Source: an uncultured Gemmatimonadaceae bacterium | GTDB lineage: Bacteria > Gemmatimonadota > Gemmatimonadetes > Gemmatimonadales > Gemmatimonadaceae | Assembly: GCA_963740355.1 (NCBI GenBank) | Contig: CAVUDW010000001.1 | Location: forward strand, 32,001-96,000 | Length of the DNA: 64,000 bases | Reading direction: 5' to 3' | Part shown: piece by piece, positions 9,644 to 18,573 of the stretch | Layout: the number at the start of each line of letters is the position of its first letter | How positions within the stretch are numbered: the stretch's first letter is position 1 | The notes under the pieces: generated by a model | Seen by the model: the letters and a program-made list of their open reading frames with translations, nothing else | Databases searched by the model: none | Told to the model about the DNA's origin: nothing | Made by a program: the position numbers and the translations under genes

Positions 9644-10260
9644 TTGACGATGTCGGCGCTGCGACCGCGAGTCCGAACCGTCGCAGCCGGCACTTCGACC
9701 ACGCTGTTGGCGGGGACGGAGGTCATCACGACGGCGTTGGCCATGATCTTGGTGCCACGCCCAATCGTGATCGGGCCGAGCAAGGCGGCGCCTGGCCCAA
9801 CGTGCACATCTTCCTCGAGCGTCGGGCCACCTACCTCGCGCGTGATCGGGTCGATGCTCACGCCAAGCGTCACCGACTGGAAGAGAATGCACCCGGCGCC
9901 GACCACCGCTTCCCGACTGAGCACGAGTGCCGTGCCGTGCACCAGCGCCACGCCTGGCGCGAGGTCCGCGTCCCAGTGAATTTCGGCGCCATAGATGTGG
10001 CGAATCAGTCGCGACACGATCATCGCCAGCGGTGTCAATCGCAGCGCCAGAAGCAGTCGCATGAAGCGGTAGGCGACCATCATCTGGAACCCAATCTTCT
10101 TGAACGAGTCGACGAAGATCGAACTCGAACGACCGGCTGGCTTGTTGCCGTACTTGGTATCACCGCGCACCACGGCATCGTGATCGGCACGGACACCAAT
10201 TACAAAGCTGCGGAATGGTCCCACCCGTCGGGCGGGGAGCGACTCCGTCATGGTGCCCAT
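9640..10260 (-). CDS. CysE/serine O-acetyltransferase-like hexapeptide acyltransferase
   Basis: YGAEIHWDADLAPGVALVHG, QSVTLG, PTLEEDVHVGPGAALLGPITIG, ANAVV; GAGG SD before ATG 10260. Confidence 0.85.
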   Translation of the reverse strand: MGTMTESLPARRVGPFRSFVIGVRADHDAVVRGDTKYGNKPAGRSSSIFVDSFKKIGFQMMVAYRFMRLLLALRLTPLAMIVSRLIRHIYGAEIHWDADLAPGVALVHGTALVLSREAVVGAGCILFQSVTLGVSIDPITREVGGPTLEEDVHVGPGAALLGPITIGRGTKIMANAVVMTSVPANSVVEVPAATVRTRGRSADIVN

Positions 10261-10285
10261 GTGGTGCGCCTCGAATTCGCCCGTG

Positions 10286-11053
10286 TCATTCCGCGGCCGC
10301 AGCAGCTTCGAGGATCGGTACGAGATCCGCCACCGAATGCACCCGCGACATCGCTTCACTGCCAAGGCTGACGCCGAAGGCAAACTCGAGCGAAAGCAAC
10401 AGGTTCAACATGCCGAGCGAGTCCCACTGCTCGATTTCATCGCGCGCTGCATCGGCTGCGGGCGCTTGCGCCAGGCCAAAGGTATGTCCCACCACATCAC
10501 GCACCGCCTCGATGTCGATCTCGCGCGAACCGGCGGTCGCATCTCGATCCGATTCCGGGCGAGCCGGGTTGCCAGCGTATCGGGCGCCTGCAGGTACATC
10601 ACCCTTCACCACGCTGCCTGGGGCGACCACGGCACCTTCGCCAATCGTCGACCCGCGCAAGACAACGACGCGCGCGCCGAGCCGTGCCTTCCGACCAATG
10701 TGAATCGCGCCTGTGGAGCCGGCAGAATCATGTTTGCCGGCTTCGTGAAAGTCCGTATCCATCAGCATGACGAACGGGCCAAGCGTCGCACCATCCCCGA
10801 TCACGATGGTTTCGTGCGAGGCGATGGCTGCCCCATGCCCGATAAAGACGCCCTCGCCGATCGTGAGGTTGCCGATCGGCCCCGTCACGAGGTGCGACAT
10901 GGCCGGTGTCGAGCGCACAAGCACCCCTCGACCGAGCGAGATCCGACCAAGGTTCTGCACGTGAAGATTTCCCTCGACCACAACCCCCTGGCCGACGACA
11001 GTGCAGGCCTTCAGCTGGCGGCGGCTACGGAACGCCTGCCACGCGGAGTTCAT
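10286..11053 (-). CDS. Hexapeptide acyltransferase fused to C-terminal acyl carrier protein
   Basis: LbH repeats, DTDFH, AGNPARP; C-terminal ACP with WDSLG phosphopantetheinylation motif and LEFAFGVSL. Confidence 0.85.
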   Translation of the reverse strand: MNSAWQAFRSRRQLKACTVVGQGVVVEGNLHVQNLGRISLGRGVLVRSTPAMSHLVTGPIGNLTIGEGVFIGHGAAIASHETIVIGDGATLGPFVMLMDTDFHEAGKHDSAGSTGAIHIGRKARLGARVVVLRGSTIGEGAVVAPGSVVKGDVPAGARYAGNPARPESDRDATAGSREIDIEAVRDVVGHTFGLAQAPAADAARDEIEQWDSLGMLNLLLSLEFAFGVSLGSEAMSRVHSVADLVPILEAAAAAE

Positions 11054-13413
11054 GCGCTCACCGCATTCGCATGCGGGGCGTCCACCCAGTCGATCGCGAT
11101 GCCACGGGGACTCGGGAATGGCTGTTCACAGTCCCACGTGAAGAGCGTGCCATCGGCGTTGCGGCTCAACTCCGACGCCAGCAACAGGTCGTGGCACGGC
11201 TTGTTCTTGGAGGTCTTGAGGTAGGCCGCGTGCAACTCCTTGAGCCCGCGGCTGCGTGCCCACTCCGTGGCCAGGTGCAGCATGGCGTGCTCGATACGGC
11301 GACCCATCACGCGACAACTGAGCACGAAGTCCACCACGTGACCGATGCCGTCACGCTCCTCGACGCTGAGGATGCCAGTGAGGCCCGCCGAACCAAACTT
11401 GTCGGCCACCGTGATGGCCCACAGCGCGTGGTTCGGGTCAGCATTCCACTCCAACAGCTCAGCCTCACTCTGACGGCGCGTGGTGAGGTTCATCTGGTTG
11501 GTCTTGTTCAGCAACTGTGCCGTGCGCGTGATGTTCGCGGCGTCGAGCGGCTCGACTCGCACCGCAATGCCAAGGCTCTCGAGCCACTCATCGATCGATC
11601 CGACGTTGGCCTTCACAGCTCCACGTTCACGTTCCGCAGCGTACAACGCGGTGCGCTCAGCATCCTCAGCACTGATGGCCGGTGTGTCGAAGCATCGCAG
11701 CCCGAGCAGTCGCTCCGTGTAGAGCAGCTTGTCTTCAGGCCACTCGGGTACGAAGACCTCGGAAAGTGTCTCGCGAACGCGCGCGCGCTCGACCGGGTTG
11801 TCGTCGATGAACACCACCGACTGCAGGCCAAGATTCAGCTCGGCCGCGAGGTCGGCGATGTTCTGCGCCTTGTCCGACCAGTTGATCCGCCAGCCGACGA
11901 AATCCTTCTTCCGAAGCACCATCTGCGGATGATTCTCGATCGCCTCGAGGGCCACGCTCTCGGTGTTCTTGCTCACGATGCCCAGCACGACGCCGCGCCT
12001 CGTGAGCGCCTTCACCGCGTGCTGGAAATCCACGAAGGACTCACCGACGCCGTCGTGGCCGCCCAGCTGCAGATTCTCCCAGCCGATGTCGCCCACGATG
12101 CCACCCCACATCGTGTCGTCGAGATCGAGCACGAGCAGCTTGCGCGCCTGGCCCGAGAGCGCCCTGGCCGCGGCCTTCAGCTCCTGCGCAACTTCCGCGA
12201 AGAGTTCCGCGGAGTACGGGACCTTGCCGAGATACCAGCCCTTGGCCATGGAGCGGCCACGCATCGCCGTCGCTTCGAGCCACCGCTGCGCATTCATGAC
12301 GTACACATTCGGCACAGTCGCCAGTTGCGACATCAGGCGCGCGTTCGCGATCGTGAGCGCCCACGTCAGGCCACCGGGACGTGCATCGATGAGGCCGAGT
12401 CCGCGCTGGTGCGACGGCAGGCTCCACGTGGGTACGAAGACGAAGCGATACGACTCGGCGCCGCGGCGAACCAGCTCGGTGAAGGCATCGACGTCGGCGA
12501 GCAACTCAGCCTCGGTGGCACCGTCACCACGGACGATGCGATCGAAGGCGGGCAGCGCGAGTTCCGGTCGCGTCCAGACCAGCACGAAGTCCGCGGCATC
12601 GCTCGGCGGCCCGCTGAGCAGGCCTTGCGTCGTCTGACAGAACGGCGCGTCGGCGACTTCCATCACCGGTGCGTCGGCTGCATCAGAGAGGCGCACCGCG
12701 AGATCACCGACGGTGAAATCGGCCAGCACCATGCCACGCAGTGGCTTCGATGACACGGCCGGCAGGATGTCGCGCACGGTGCCGCTCGCGTTCGGCTTGC
12801 GCGGGGCGGCAGCGGCTGTCGGGGCAGCGGTGTCGTCCAGTGCACGGATCACGCGCGCGGGAATACCGCCGGCGATCACTCCGTCGGGGATGTTGCCAGA
12901 GACGATCGAGCCCGCGGTGATGACGGCGTTGGCACCGATCGTCGTGCCGGGAAGCACCGTGACGCGACCGGCCAGCCAGGTGCCGGCACCGATGCGAATT
13001 GGCGCAGTGGTACCCAATTCGGCGGTCAGGTCGGTGTCGTCGATGATGCAGTACGGGCCGATGCTGACATGGTCGCCGAGCGTGACCTGCTCTGCCGCGC
13101 GAATCGACGTGCCGTAGTTGACGTGCACACCATCACCGATGTCGATCACAGCGCCTTGCTGCGCGACGAGTTCGACTGGGCTGAAGGTGCTGGTGAACGC
13201 GAGGTCGCTCCCGATGCGAATCTCACCCGCGTTGATGATCCGTGGCTGCCCGACCGTCCGGGCGCGTGGTCCAACCCGGGTCACGTCCTTGAGATACAGC
13301 GGCGCGAGGACCGATCCGAACACATAGCGCACGCCTTTGCGGGCACGCTCAGCGAGCGGGAGGTCACTGTCGCGCTGCAGGCTGCGCTTAACTTTTTCGA
13401 CGAAGGCGTTCAT
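11050..13413 (-). CDS. Hexapeptide acyltransferase fused to FkbH-like (HAD-IIIC) glyceryl transferase/phosphatase
   Basis: N-terminal LbH (GGIPARVI); LVLDLDDTMWGG, SKN, INW, FIDDNPVER, KTNQMNLTT, LSCRVMGR FkbH motifs. Confidence 0.9.
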   Translation of the reverse strand: MNAFVEKVKRSLQRDSDLPLAERARKGVRYVFGSVLAPLYLKDVTRVGPRARTVGQPRIINAGEIRIGSDLAFTSTFSPVELVAQQGAVIDIGDGVHVNYGTSIRAAEQVTLGDHVSIGPYCIIDDTDLTAELGTTAPIRIGAGTWLAGRVTVLPGTTIGANAVITAGSIVSGNIPDGVIAGGIPARVIRALDDTAAPTAAAAPRKPNASGTVRDILPAVSSKPLRGMVLADFTVGDLAVRLSDAADAPVMEVADAPFCQTTQGLLSGPPSDAADFVLVWTRPELALPAFDRIVRGDGATEAELLADVDAFTELVRRGAESYRFVFVPTWSLPSHQRGLGLIDARPGGLTWALTIANARLMSQLATVPNVYVMNAQRWLEATAMRGRSMAKGWYLGKVPYSAELFAEVAQELKAAARALSGQARKLLVLDLDDTMWGGIVGDIGWENLQLGGHDGVGESFVDFQHAVKALTRRGVVLGIVSKNTESVALEAIENHPQMVLRKKDFVGWRINWSDKAQNIADLAAELNLGLQSVVFIDDNPVERARVRETLSEVFVPEWPEDKLLYTERLLGLRCFDTPAISAEDAERTALYAAERERGAVKANVGSIDEWLESLGIAVRVEPLDAANITRTAQLLNKTNQMNLTTRRQSEAELLEWNADPNHALWAITVADKFGSAGLTGILSVEERDGIGHVVDFVLSCRVMGRRIEHAMLHLATEWARSRGLKELHAAYLKTSKNKPCHDLLLASELSRNADGTLFTWDCEQPFPSPRGIAIDWVDAPHANAVSA

Positions 13414-13490
13414 AGGAGACAGGACGGTTGCGCGTGCCCCCGGGTCACGGGTGCCCGCGGCAGCAGATGAGTCTTGTCAGGGCGGGCTGA

Positions 13491-15047
13491 TCACAGTGCA
13501 CCATCCATTCGGATGACGGCCGGCAGGGTTCGAGCCAGAATCATCGCGTCTCGAGCAAATGACCAGTCAGCGATATACGCCGACTCGAGCTGGATGACCT
13601 CTTCGAAGTGCACGATCCGGTTCCTCCCGGACACCTGCCATGGCCCGGTCAGCCCCGGCCGCACATCGAGGCGCACCAGGTGGCGCTCGGCGTACCTGGC
13701 GACCTCATCAGGAAGCGGGGGCCGAGGGCCAACCAATGACATCTCGCCGCGCAGCACGTTCCAGAATTGCGGCAGCTCGTCGAGACTGGTGCGCCGAAGG
13801 AACGCGCCGAGGCGCGTGATTCGCGGGTCGTGGGCGATCTTGAAGAGGGGCTCCTCGCCGTAGACGTTGCGAGCGCGCAACTCTTCCTGCTGCTCCTCGG
13901 CGGAGGCGATCATGCTCCGGAACTTCCACATGTGGAAGTGGCGGCCGCCCTGCCCCACGCGCACCTGCTTGAACAGCGCGGGTCCGCGTGACGTCACACG
14001 AACGGCGAGCGCGACCAGCAGGTACACCGGCGCCAGCAGGATCAGCAGCATGGACGAGATCGTGATGTCCATCGCTCTTTTCACCACCAGCTGGCGACCG
14101 CGTTCACCAGGGCGAACGAGCCGCATCAGTGGGTCGCCGTGGTGGAACACGAGCTGCGGCTCGAAGCCATGCAGCGCGACCGTGCGCGGCAGGCAGACGA
14201 CGTTGCATCCCGCCGCATCGGCCACGCGTGCGAGGCGTTCGGCCAGCGGCTCGCTCAAGTGTCCGAACAGCACCACCGTATCGGCGCGATGTTCGTCGAT
14301 GAGTCGCATCATGGCACTGGTCGGGCCGAGAGGGCCATCCGAGTGCTCGATGCGCGTCGTGTCGACTTCACCGACGAAGCGGAATTCCGTCGGGTCGGCG
14401 AAGGCGGGATTCGAACGCCCCGCGCGCAGGTCGCGGGTCGGCGCCACCAGGATGGTTCGCAATGCGAGCGTGGCCCGCGGGCGGATCCGTTCGACGACGA
14501 TGTCCAGGACCAGTCGAACGGCCACCAGTGTCGCCGCAATCGCGAGTCCGACGAAGGCGACGCCGAACAGCCGGGACAGGTCAGGCGGCGTAAAGAGATC
14601 GGTCCAGGTGACGAACAGGACGCCTAGCACAGCGCCCATGGCCACGCTGCGAATGTGTCGCTTGCGGGCGCCGCCGACGTAACCGCCACAGATCGTCAAG
14701 CCAAGCAGCACCGCGACCTGCAGAGGGACCGCCGGTACGGCTCCGGCCGGTACAATGGTCGCCAGTGCGGTCGCGATACGTGGGCCGAACCAGGCCTGGT
14801 CGCGTGCAGCCGAGAGAATGATGCGAAGGATCTCGAGCGTCAGGAGGTCGGCGCAGACGAGCACGAACACCCGAAGCATGCTTCGCCAGACGTGCCGCCA
14901 CACCGCATGCGGCGCTCGGGCATGGAGGATTTCCGGCAGTGGAACGCCGTTGTATCTGGAGTCGTCTGACGGACGGAACAGTGGAAGCGGGTCTGTCGAG
15001 CGCCTGCGCTGCCGCGACCGTGCTGACGGGGGCGGAGGGGGTGTCAT
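13491..15047 (-). CDS. Undecaprenyl-phosphate glycosylphosphotransferase (WcaJ/CpsE-like priming transferase)
   Basis: N-terminal TM helices, [38 protein letters not shown]. Confidence 0.92.
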   Translation of the reverse strand: MTPPPPPSARSRQRRRSTDPLPLFRPSDDSRYNGVPLPEILHARAPHAVWRHVWRSMLRVFVLVCADLLTLEILRIILSAARDQAWFGPRIATALATIVPAGAVPAVPLQVAVLLGLTICGGYVGGARKRHIRSVAMGAVLGVLFVTWTDLFTPPDLSRLFGVAFVGLAIAATLVAVRLVLDIVVERIRPRATLALRTILVAPTRDLRAGRSNPAFADPTEFRFVGEVDTTRIEHSDGPLGPTSAMMRLIDEHRADTVVLFGHLSEPLAERLARVADAAGCNVVCLPRTVALHGFEPQLVFHHGDPLMRLVRPGERGRQLVVKRAMDITISSMLLILLAPVYLLVALAVRVTSRGPALFKQVRVGQGGRHFHMWKFRSMIASAEEQQEELRARNVYGEEPLFKIAHDPRITRLGAFLRRTSLDELPQFWNVLRGEMSLVGPRPPLPDEVARYAERHLVRLDVRPGLTGPWQVSGRNRIVHFEEVIQLESAYIADWSFARDAMILARTLPAVIRMDGAL

Positions 15048-15194
15048 GTGACGGCGTGAGCCGTCGGCTCGATCGGGTGGGACACTCGTCAGGTCAGCGG
15101 CTCGCGGGGGGACTCCAGCGGCGGATGCCGACCAGAGGCGCTGTATACGATCTCTCGAAGCTAGTGCCGGCCACCCGGGGCTTGCAGTGCTCCG

Positions 15195-16853
15195 TTACCG
15201 GACACGTGGGTGGAAACGGAACTCGACCGTGAGATTTCGCTTGTCGATCTGCAGCTCTTCGTTCTGGAAGCACAGGCCCAGTGCCTGCCAGTACAGGTTC
15301 AGTCGGTTCTGCGAGCTGACGGACGCTTCCAGCCAGCCTGCCGGCGTGAGTGTCGACCCTCGCGCGCCAAAAGCCAAACTGACGTCGTGCTTGCAGAGTC
15401 CGTTGCCATTCGGGCGCGGGATGGTGAAGAACGAGTCGTCATCCCACTTGATGCGATAGGCGTAAAGGCCGAGCGAGCGCTTGGGGCTGGCGAAGTCGAG
15501 GTTGAGGCGCTGGGTGACGCTGCCGGGGCCGATGACGGCACCGAGGACCTGGCCTTTCTGTGTGAAGCCGCCCTGGACGGCGCGGCTGGTGTACCAGGAG
15601 CCTGAGGGGCGTTCGCGAAATGTCGAGCTCTGTGTGGTCTGGGAATACTCGGCACCGACGCGCCACGTCCAGTCCTTCCAGCGCATCGCTTCGACGTGTT
15701 GCAGGCCGAGCGTGAGCGCCTGCGAATGGTTCGGCGACTCAAAAAAGTCCCGGACGCCAGTCGGCAATTCGGCGCGCCCCCACTCCACCCAGATCTCCGT
15801 GCCGTCGTTCGGCAAGCGCCAGTCGGCGAAGACACTGAAGAGTTGATCGCGGCCGGCGTTCTGCGTCTTGTCGTTGTAGGGTGCCGCGTTGGGCGTGCCC
15901 ACTGGCACCAGTGGATCGATCAGATGTTGATACCACACGTTGCCCAGCATGGGCGCCGCAACGAGGCGCGCGGCGCCGATCGAGAGCCCCTTTTCGAAGT
16001 CGGGACGCCAGACCACGGCGATCCCCGAGAGCGTGCGCGTCGAGTCTTCCTTTTCGCGAAAGAAGAATGGTGAGACGGACAGGCCACCGACGAAATAGCG
16101 AATGTCCAATTCGCCCTTGGCTCTGATCGGCGTCGTGGTCCTGATGTACGCGCGCGGTGATCCTGCGGCTTGAGTGCTGAGCAGCAAGGCGTTGTACTGC
16201 CCTGGCCCCCACCACTCCGATTCGGTCGTGAAACCCACTTCGACGCGTGGCGTTCGGAACCAGAGTGCGAGCGCGCCTGGTTCCACACGACGGAGCGCCG
16301 TATTCCCGAACCGTCGTGGCGAGTCGAGCGAGCGCGGGATGTAGTGATACGGCGACGCCCACGGGCTGTAGTCGGAGCGCAGCGGCGGCACGAATTGAGG
16401 ATTGTCGGGCAACACGAAGTCGGCGTTCTCAGCGTACCAATACGTGGGCGCGATGATTGCGCCCCACCGAGAGTTGCTGCCACAAATCGCGATGCCGCCC
16501 GTCACGCTGTACGAGAGCCCCTTGCCGGCCCACATCGGGCCGTCGTTCGCCGGGAGCGGGAATGACTCTTGTGATGTAACGAGCACCTCGGGCAACACCG
16601 CCGCCACGCGAAATGGCGCCGGATTGCTGTCGGCGAGCATGCGCGCCTTGGCCGCATCCGTGGACGAACGTGTGAGGGACCACGGGGTCCCGGCTCGGAT
16701 GCTGCGCGCGCGCTCGTTTTCTTCTGCGTAGCTGCCCGGCAGTGAAGTCGCGAGAGCACCACCGGCACATCGTGCGGACGGAGGCAGCACCTGCGCGGCG
16801 AGTGGCGCGGCGAATAGCGGCAGCGCGATCAGCGCGCGAAGATGTATTTGCAT
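15195..16853 (-). CDS. Capsule assembly Wzi-family outer-membrane protein (paralog 1)
   Basis: Signal peptide; NDGPMWAGKG; WWGPGQYNALLLS; GQVLGAVIGPGS; beta-strand C-terminus. Confidence 0.8.
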   Translation of the reverse strand: MQIHLRALIALPLFAAPLAAQVLPPSARCAGGALATSLPGSYAEENERARSIRAGTPWSLTRSSTDAAKARMLADSNPAPFRVAAVLPEVLVTSQESFPLPANDGPMWAGKGLSYSVTGGIAICGSNSRWGAIIAPTYWYAENADFVLPDNPQFVPPLRSDYSPWASPYHYIPRSLDSPRRFGNTALRRVEPGALALWFRTPRVEVGFTTESEWWGPGQYNALLLSTQAAGSPRAYIRTTTPIRAKGELDIRYFVGGLSVSPFFFREKEDSTRTLSGIAVVWRPDFEKGLSIGAARLVAAPMLGNVWYQHLIDPLVPVGTPNAAPYNDKTQNAGRDQLFSVFADWRLPNDGTEIWVEWGRAELPTGVRDFFESPNHSQALTLGLQHVEAMRWKDWTWRVGAEYSQTTQSSTFRERPSGSWYTSRAVQGGFTQKGQVLGAVIGPGSVTQRLNLDFASPKRSLGLYAYRIKWDDDSFFTIPRPNGNGLCKHDVSLAFGARGSTLTPAGWLEASVSSQNRLNLYWQALGLCFQNEELQIDKRNLTVEFRFHPRVR

Positions 16854-16866
16854 GTGGTGATGCGAC

Positions 16867-16873
16867 TAAGATA
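16867..16873. promoter_or_regulatory. Overlapping reciprocal -10 hexamers (TAAGAT on +, TATCTT on -): candidate bidirectional promoter
   Basis: Only AT-rich island in a 25-bp gap between divergent ATGs; + hexamer lies 6 nt before ATG 16879. Confidence 0.6.
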
Positions 16874-16878
16874 CACGC

Positions 16879-18573
16879 ATGTCTCGATCATCACGATGGG
16901 TGCTTGCAGCGGCGCTGCTCGGCCTGCATGCTTTGCCGTCATCTTCGTCCGCGCAGTGGCAGTCCAACACCGGCCCGCGTGGCGTTGCGCTTGGCGCGGC
17001 CGTCGGTGGTGACGTCGAGCGATACATGCGGGCACTCGCGCTCGCTGGCATCATCAAGCCCTTGCCGTGGTCCGTGCGTCCGTATGGTCCAGAGGACCTG
17101 GCAAGATATCTGCGCGACTCGAGTGCTGGTCCGCACCCGTGGAGCAGCGCGTTATCAAGTTCGCTCGCGCCGCGCGCCAGCGTCGGCGCCATGTTGTTTG
17201 TCGGCGCGAACAGCGGATTTGCCTGGGGTGCAAACGACGGTGCGATGTGGCAGGGTCGCGGCCTGAACTCCGCGATTGGCCTGGGAGCGACCGTGCGCTG
17301 GGGGCCACTCAGTGCCGTCGCCGCACCGGTGTTGTATCGCGCGCAAAACCAGAGTTTCCCGCTGATGGCGCAGCCGGCATTCGGCTACTCGAAGTTTGCG
17401 GACCCGCTGTTTCCGACCGTCATCGACCTCCCGCAGCGGATGGGCGACAAGGCGTATGCGCGGCTCGATGGTGGCGAGAGCACGATCCGACTTCAAGGAT
17501 TCGGCCTCGTTACCGGCGTGACCACGGCGAGCCTTGGCTGGGGCACCGGCGAGGCATTCCCCGCCATTTTTGGTTCCAATGCCGGTGGCTTTCCGCACCT
17601 CTTTGCAGGAACGCGGGCCGGTGGTATCCGGGTGCCATATCTGGGGCGCGTCAGTGCGCGATACATCCTCGGTGTTTTGGATCAGAGTAGTTGGTCACCG
17701 GTCCAGGGGAGCGCGACGTACATCGATGCTGCCCAGTCCGGGACACGACGGATCGGCACGGGGCTCAACGTCAGCCTGATGCCGCAATTCCTGCCGAATC
17801 TCGAGCTGGGTGCAAGTCGGTTCTATCACAGTCCGTACCGCGACGGCCCGACGCGCTGGGATGCGTGGTCAAAACCGTTCGAAGGCATCTTCAAGAAGGG
17901 ATTTCAGGGGCGGAGTGGCGGCACCGGTGACCCTACGGGCGACGCCGACAACCAGATGGCCTCGTTCTTTGCGCGCTGGGTGTTCCCGAAGCGTGGCGTT
18001 GAAGCGACGTTCGAGTTGTTCCGTGAGGACCACAACTGGGACGCGCGTGATCTCGCGCAGGAGCCGGAAAACAACGGCGCCGTGATGGCGTCGATACGAG
18101 CCACCACCAGCCGCCGCGCTGACGCGCTCGCCGTCCTGACATTCGAGTATTTCGACGGCGACATCCGGCCCATCGGGCAGGTCCGGGCACAGGGGTTCCT
18201 CTACACCCACGGAGGCCTCTTTCAGGGGCATACCCAGCGTGGCCAACTCCTTGGCTCACCGTTGGGTGCCGGTGCCATCGCCGGTGAGCGTGTCGCGTGG
18301 GAACGGTTCACACCGAACGGATCGCTGCGCTTCAACCTGCAGCGGTGGCGCACGCGGGCCCTTCGCACGCAAAATGGCGAAGGGCTGTATTTCAACGCCA
18401 ATTATTTCTATCCGAACTCGCATGACTGGATCATCGACGGCAGCGTCGCGTCCACTCGCAACCGTGGCCCGGGCGCACTGACGTTCGAGGCGGGTATCGC
18501 CTGGGCTGGCGTCTGGCAGTTGTCCGATGCCCGGACGAACCTGTATGGCCGCGCGAGCTGGAGCCTGTTCTGA
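16879..18573 (+). CDS. Capsule assembly Wzi-family outer-membrane protein (paralog 2)
   Basis: Signal peptide; NDGAMWQGRG, IDLPQRMG, NAGGFPH, DNQMAS, GQLLGSPLG shared with paralog 1; terminal Phe. Confidence 0.8.
   Translation: MSRSSRWVLAAALLGLHALPSSSSAQWQSNTGPRGVALGAAVGGDVERYMRALALAGIIKPLPWSVRPYGPEDLARYLRDSSAGPHPWSSALSSSLAPRASVGAMLFVGANSGFAWGANDGAMWQGRGLNSAIGLGATVRWGPLSAVAAPVLYRAQNQSFPLMAQPAFGYSKFADPLFPTVIDLPQRMGDKAYARLDGGESTIRLQGFGLVTGVTTASLGWGTGEAFPAIFGSNAGGFPHLFAGTRAGGIRVPYLGRVSARYILGVLDQSSWSPVQGSATYIDAAQSGTRRIGTGLNVSLMPQFLPNLELGASRFYHSPYRDGPTRWDAWSKPFEGIFKKGFQGRSGGTGDPTGDADNQMASFFARWVFPKRGVEATFELFREDHNWDARDLAQEPENNGAVMASIRATTSRRADALAVLTFEYFDGDIRPIGQVRAQGFLYTHGGLFQGHTQRGQLLGSPLGAGAIAGERVAWERFTPNGSLRFNLQRWRTRALRTQNGEGLYFNANYFYPNSHDWIIDGSVASTRNRGPGALTFEAGIAWAGVWQLSDARTNLYGRASWSLF

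Noticed and set aside
10906..12753. Long antisense ORFs (also 7216-8880, 43295-44530, 47297-49069, 52985-54409, 61869-63536)
   Set aside because: Shadow frames opposite well-supported genes, expected in high-GC DNA; no recognisable motifs
10286..13413. PKS/NRPS secondary-metabolite cluster
   Set aside because: FkbH and ACP are present but there are no KS, A or C domains; context is polysaccharide biosynthesis
15120..15190. Sigma54 promoter for the priming transferase
   Set aside because: A GGCAC is present, but the GG-N10-GC spacing is not satisfied
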